DNA of 64,000 nt, taken from assembly GCF_009914755.1 (NCBI RefSeq), contig NC_060935.1; one strand, 5' to 3'. The notes under the pieces were generated by a model, which was not told where the DNA came from, ran no database searches, and saw nothing but the letters and a program-made list of their open reading frames with translations. Both the position numbers and the translations under genes were made by a program. Of the stretch, positions 63,704 to 64,000 are shown piece by piece (position 1 is the first letter of the stretch; every line of letters starts with the position of its first letter). The stretch comes from the human T2T-CHM13v2.0 reference genome, Homo sapiens.

Positions 63704-64000
63704 TTATGTAAGTCATTGAGAATACTGAAGAAGATGTTGATGTTCAGGTCATTTCTGGATCAGAAGACATATTCCCTTTGTTCAGACCTTCCAGGCTGCA
63801 TACAACCCCGCGCCCCAGCCTCTGGTGGACCAGCCATCCTCTCCGCGTCTGCCGGCTGGAGCCCCACTCTCCTTTCCACCGGGGCCGAGGTCTCACGATG
63901 TCATCTCCCTGGCCTCCTGCAGGCTGAGCTGACCACTGGGCACCTTGGGTGGGAACACAAGGAGCTGCTCCGACTGCCCACGGCCCTCAGGCCAGCTGAC

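Overview
Primate (almost certainly human) genomic DNA lying inside the 5' part of SHANK2, which is transcribed on the minus strand. Six coding exons can be placed exactly with GT-AG boundaries: 54219-54422, 48683-48754, 45331-45439, 29928-30079, 27812-27979 and 10694-10810. Spliced together they give 822 nt (274 codons) in one open frame, encoding the rest of the N-terminal SPN/FERM-F0-like domain and most of the ankyrin repeats of the long SHANK2 isoform. The start exon and the downstream exons are outside the window. The rest is intron, dense in Alus, old L1/L2/MIR, MaLR/ERV LTRs, a full-length Tigger1, a 5'-inverted L1, and many minisatellites and microsatellites. Nearly all ORFs in the supplied track are artefacts of these repeats. 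I see no new protein-coding gene and no CRISPR or other prokaryotic system. The most interesting unexplained structure is non-coding: (1) a sense-oriented, GA-depleted (possibly APOBEC3-edited) solo LTR 18 nt from a splice donor; (2) a 54-bp VNTR in which every unit carries a nuclear-receptor DR0 site; (3) intronic repeats that read on the pre-mRNA as dense NOVA, RBFOX and hnRNP L motif arrays; (4) complementary triplet tracts bracketing the whole in-frame six-exon block; (5) several unusual insertion scars. Repeat family names come from recognition by eye and need RepeatMasker/Dfam confirmation.
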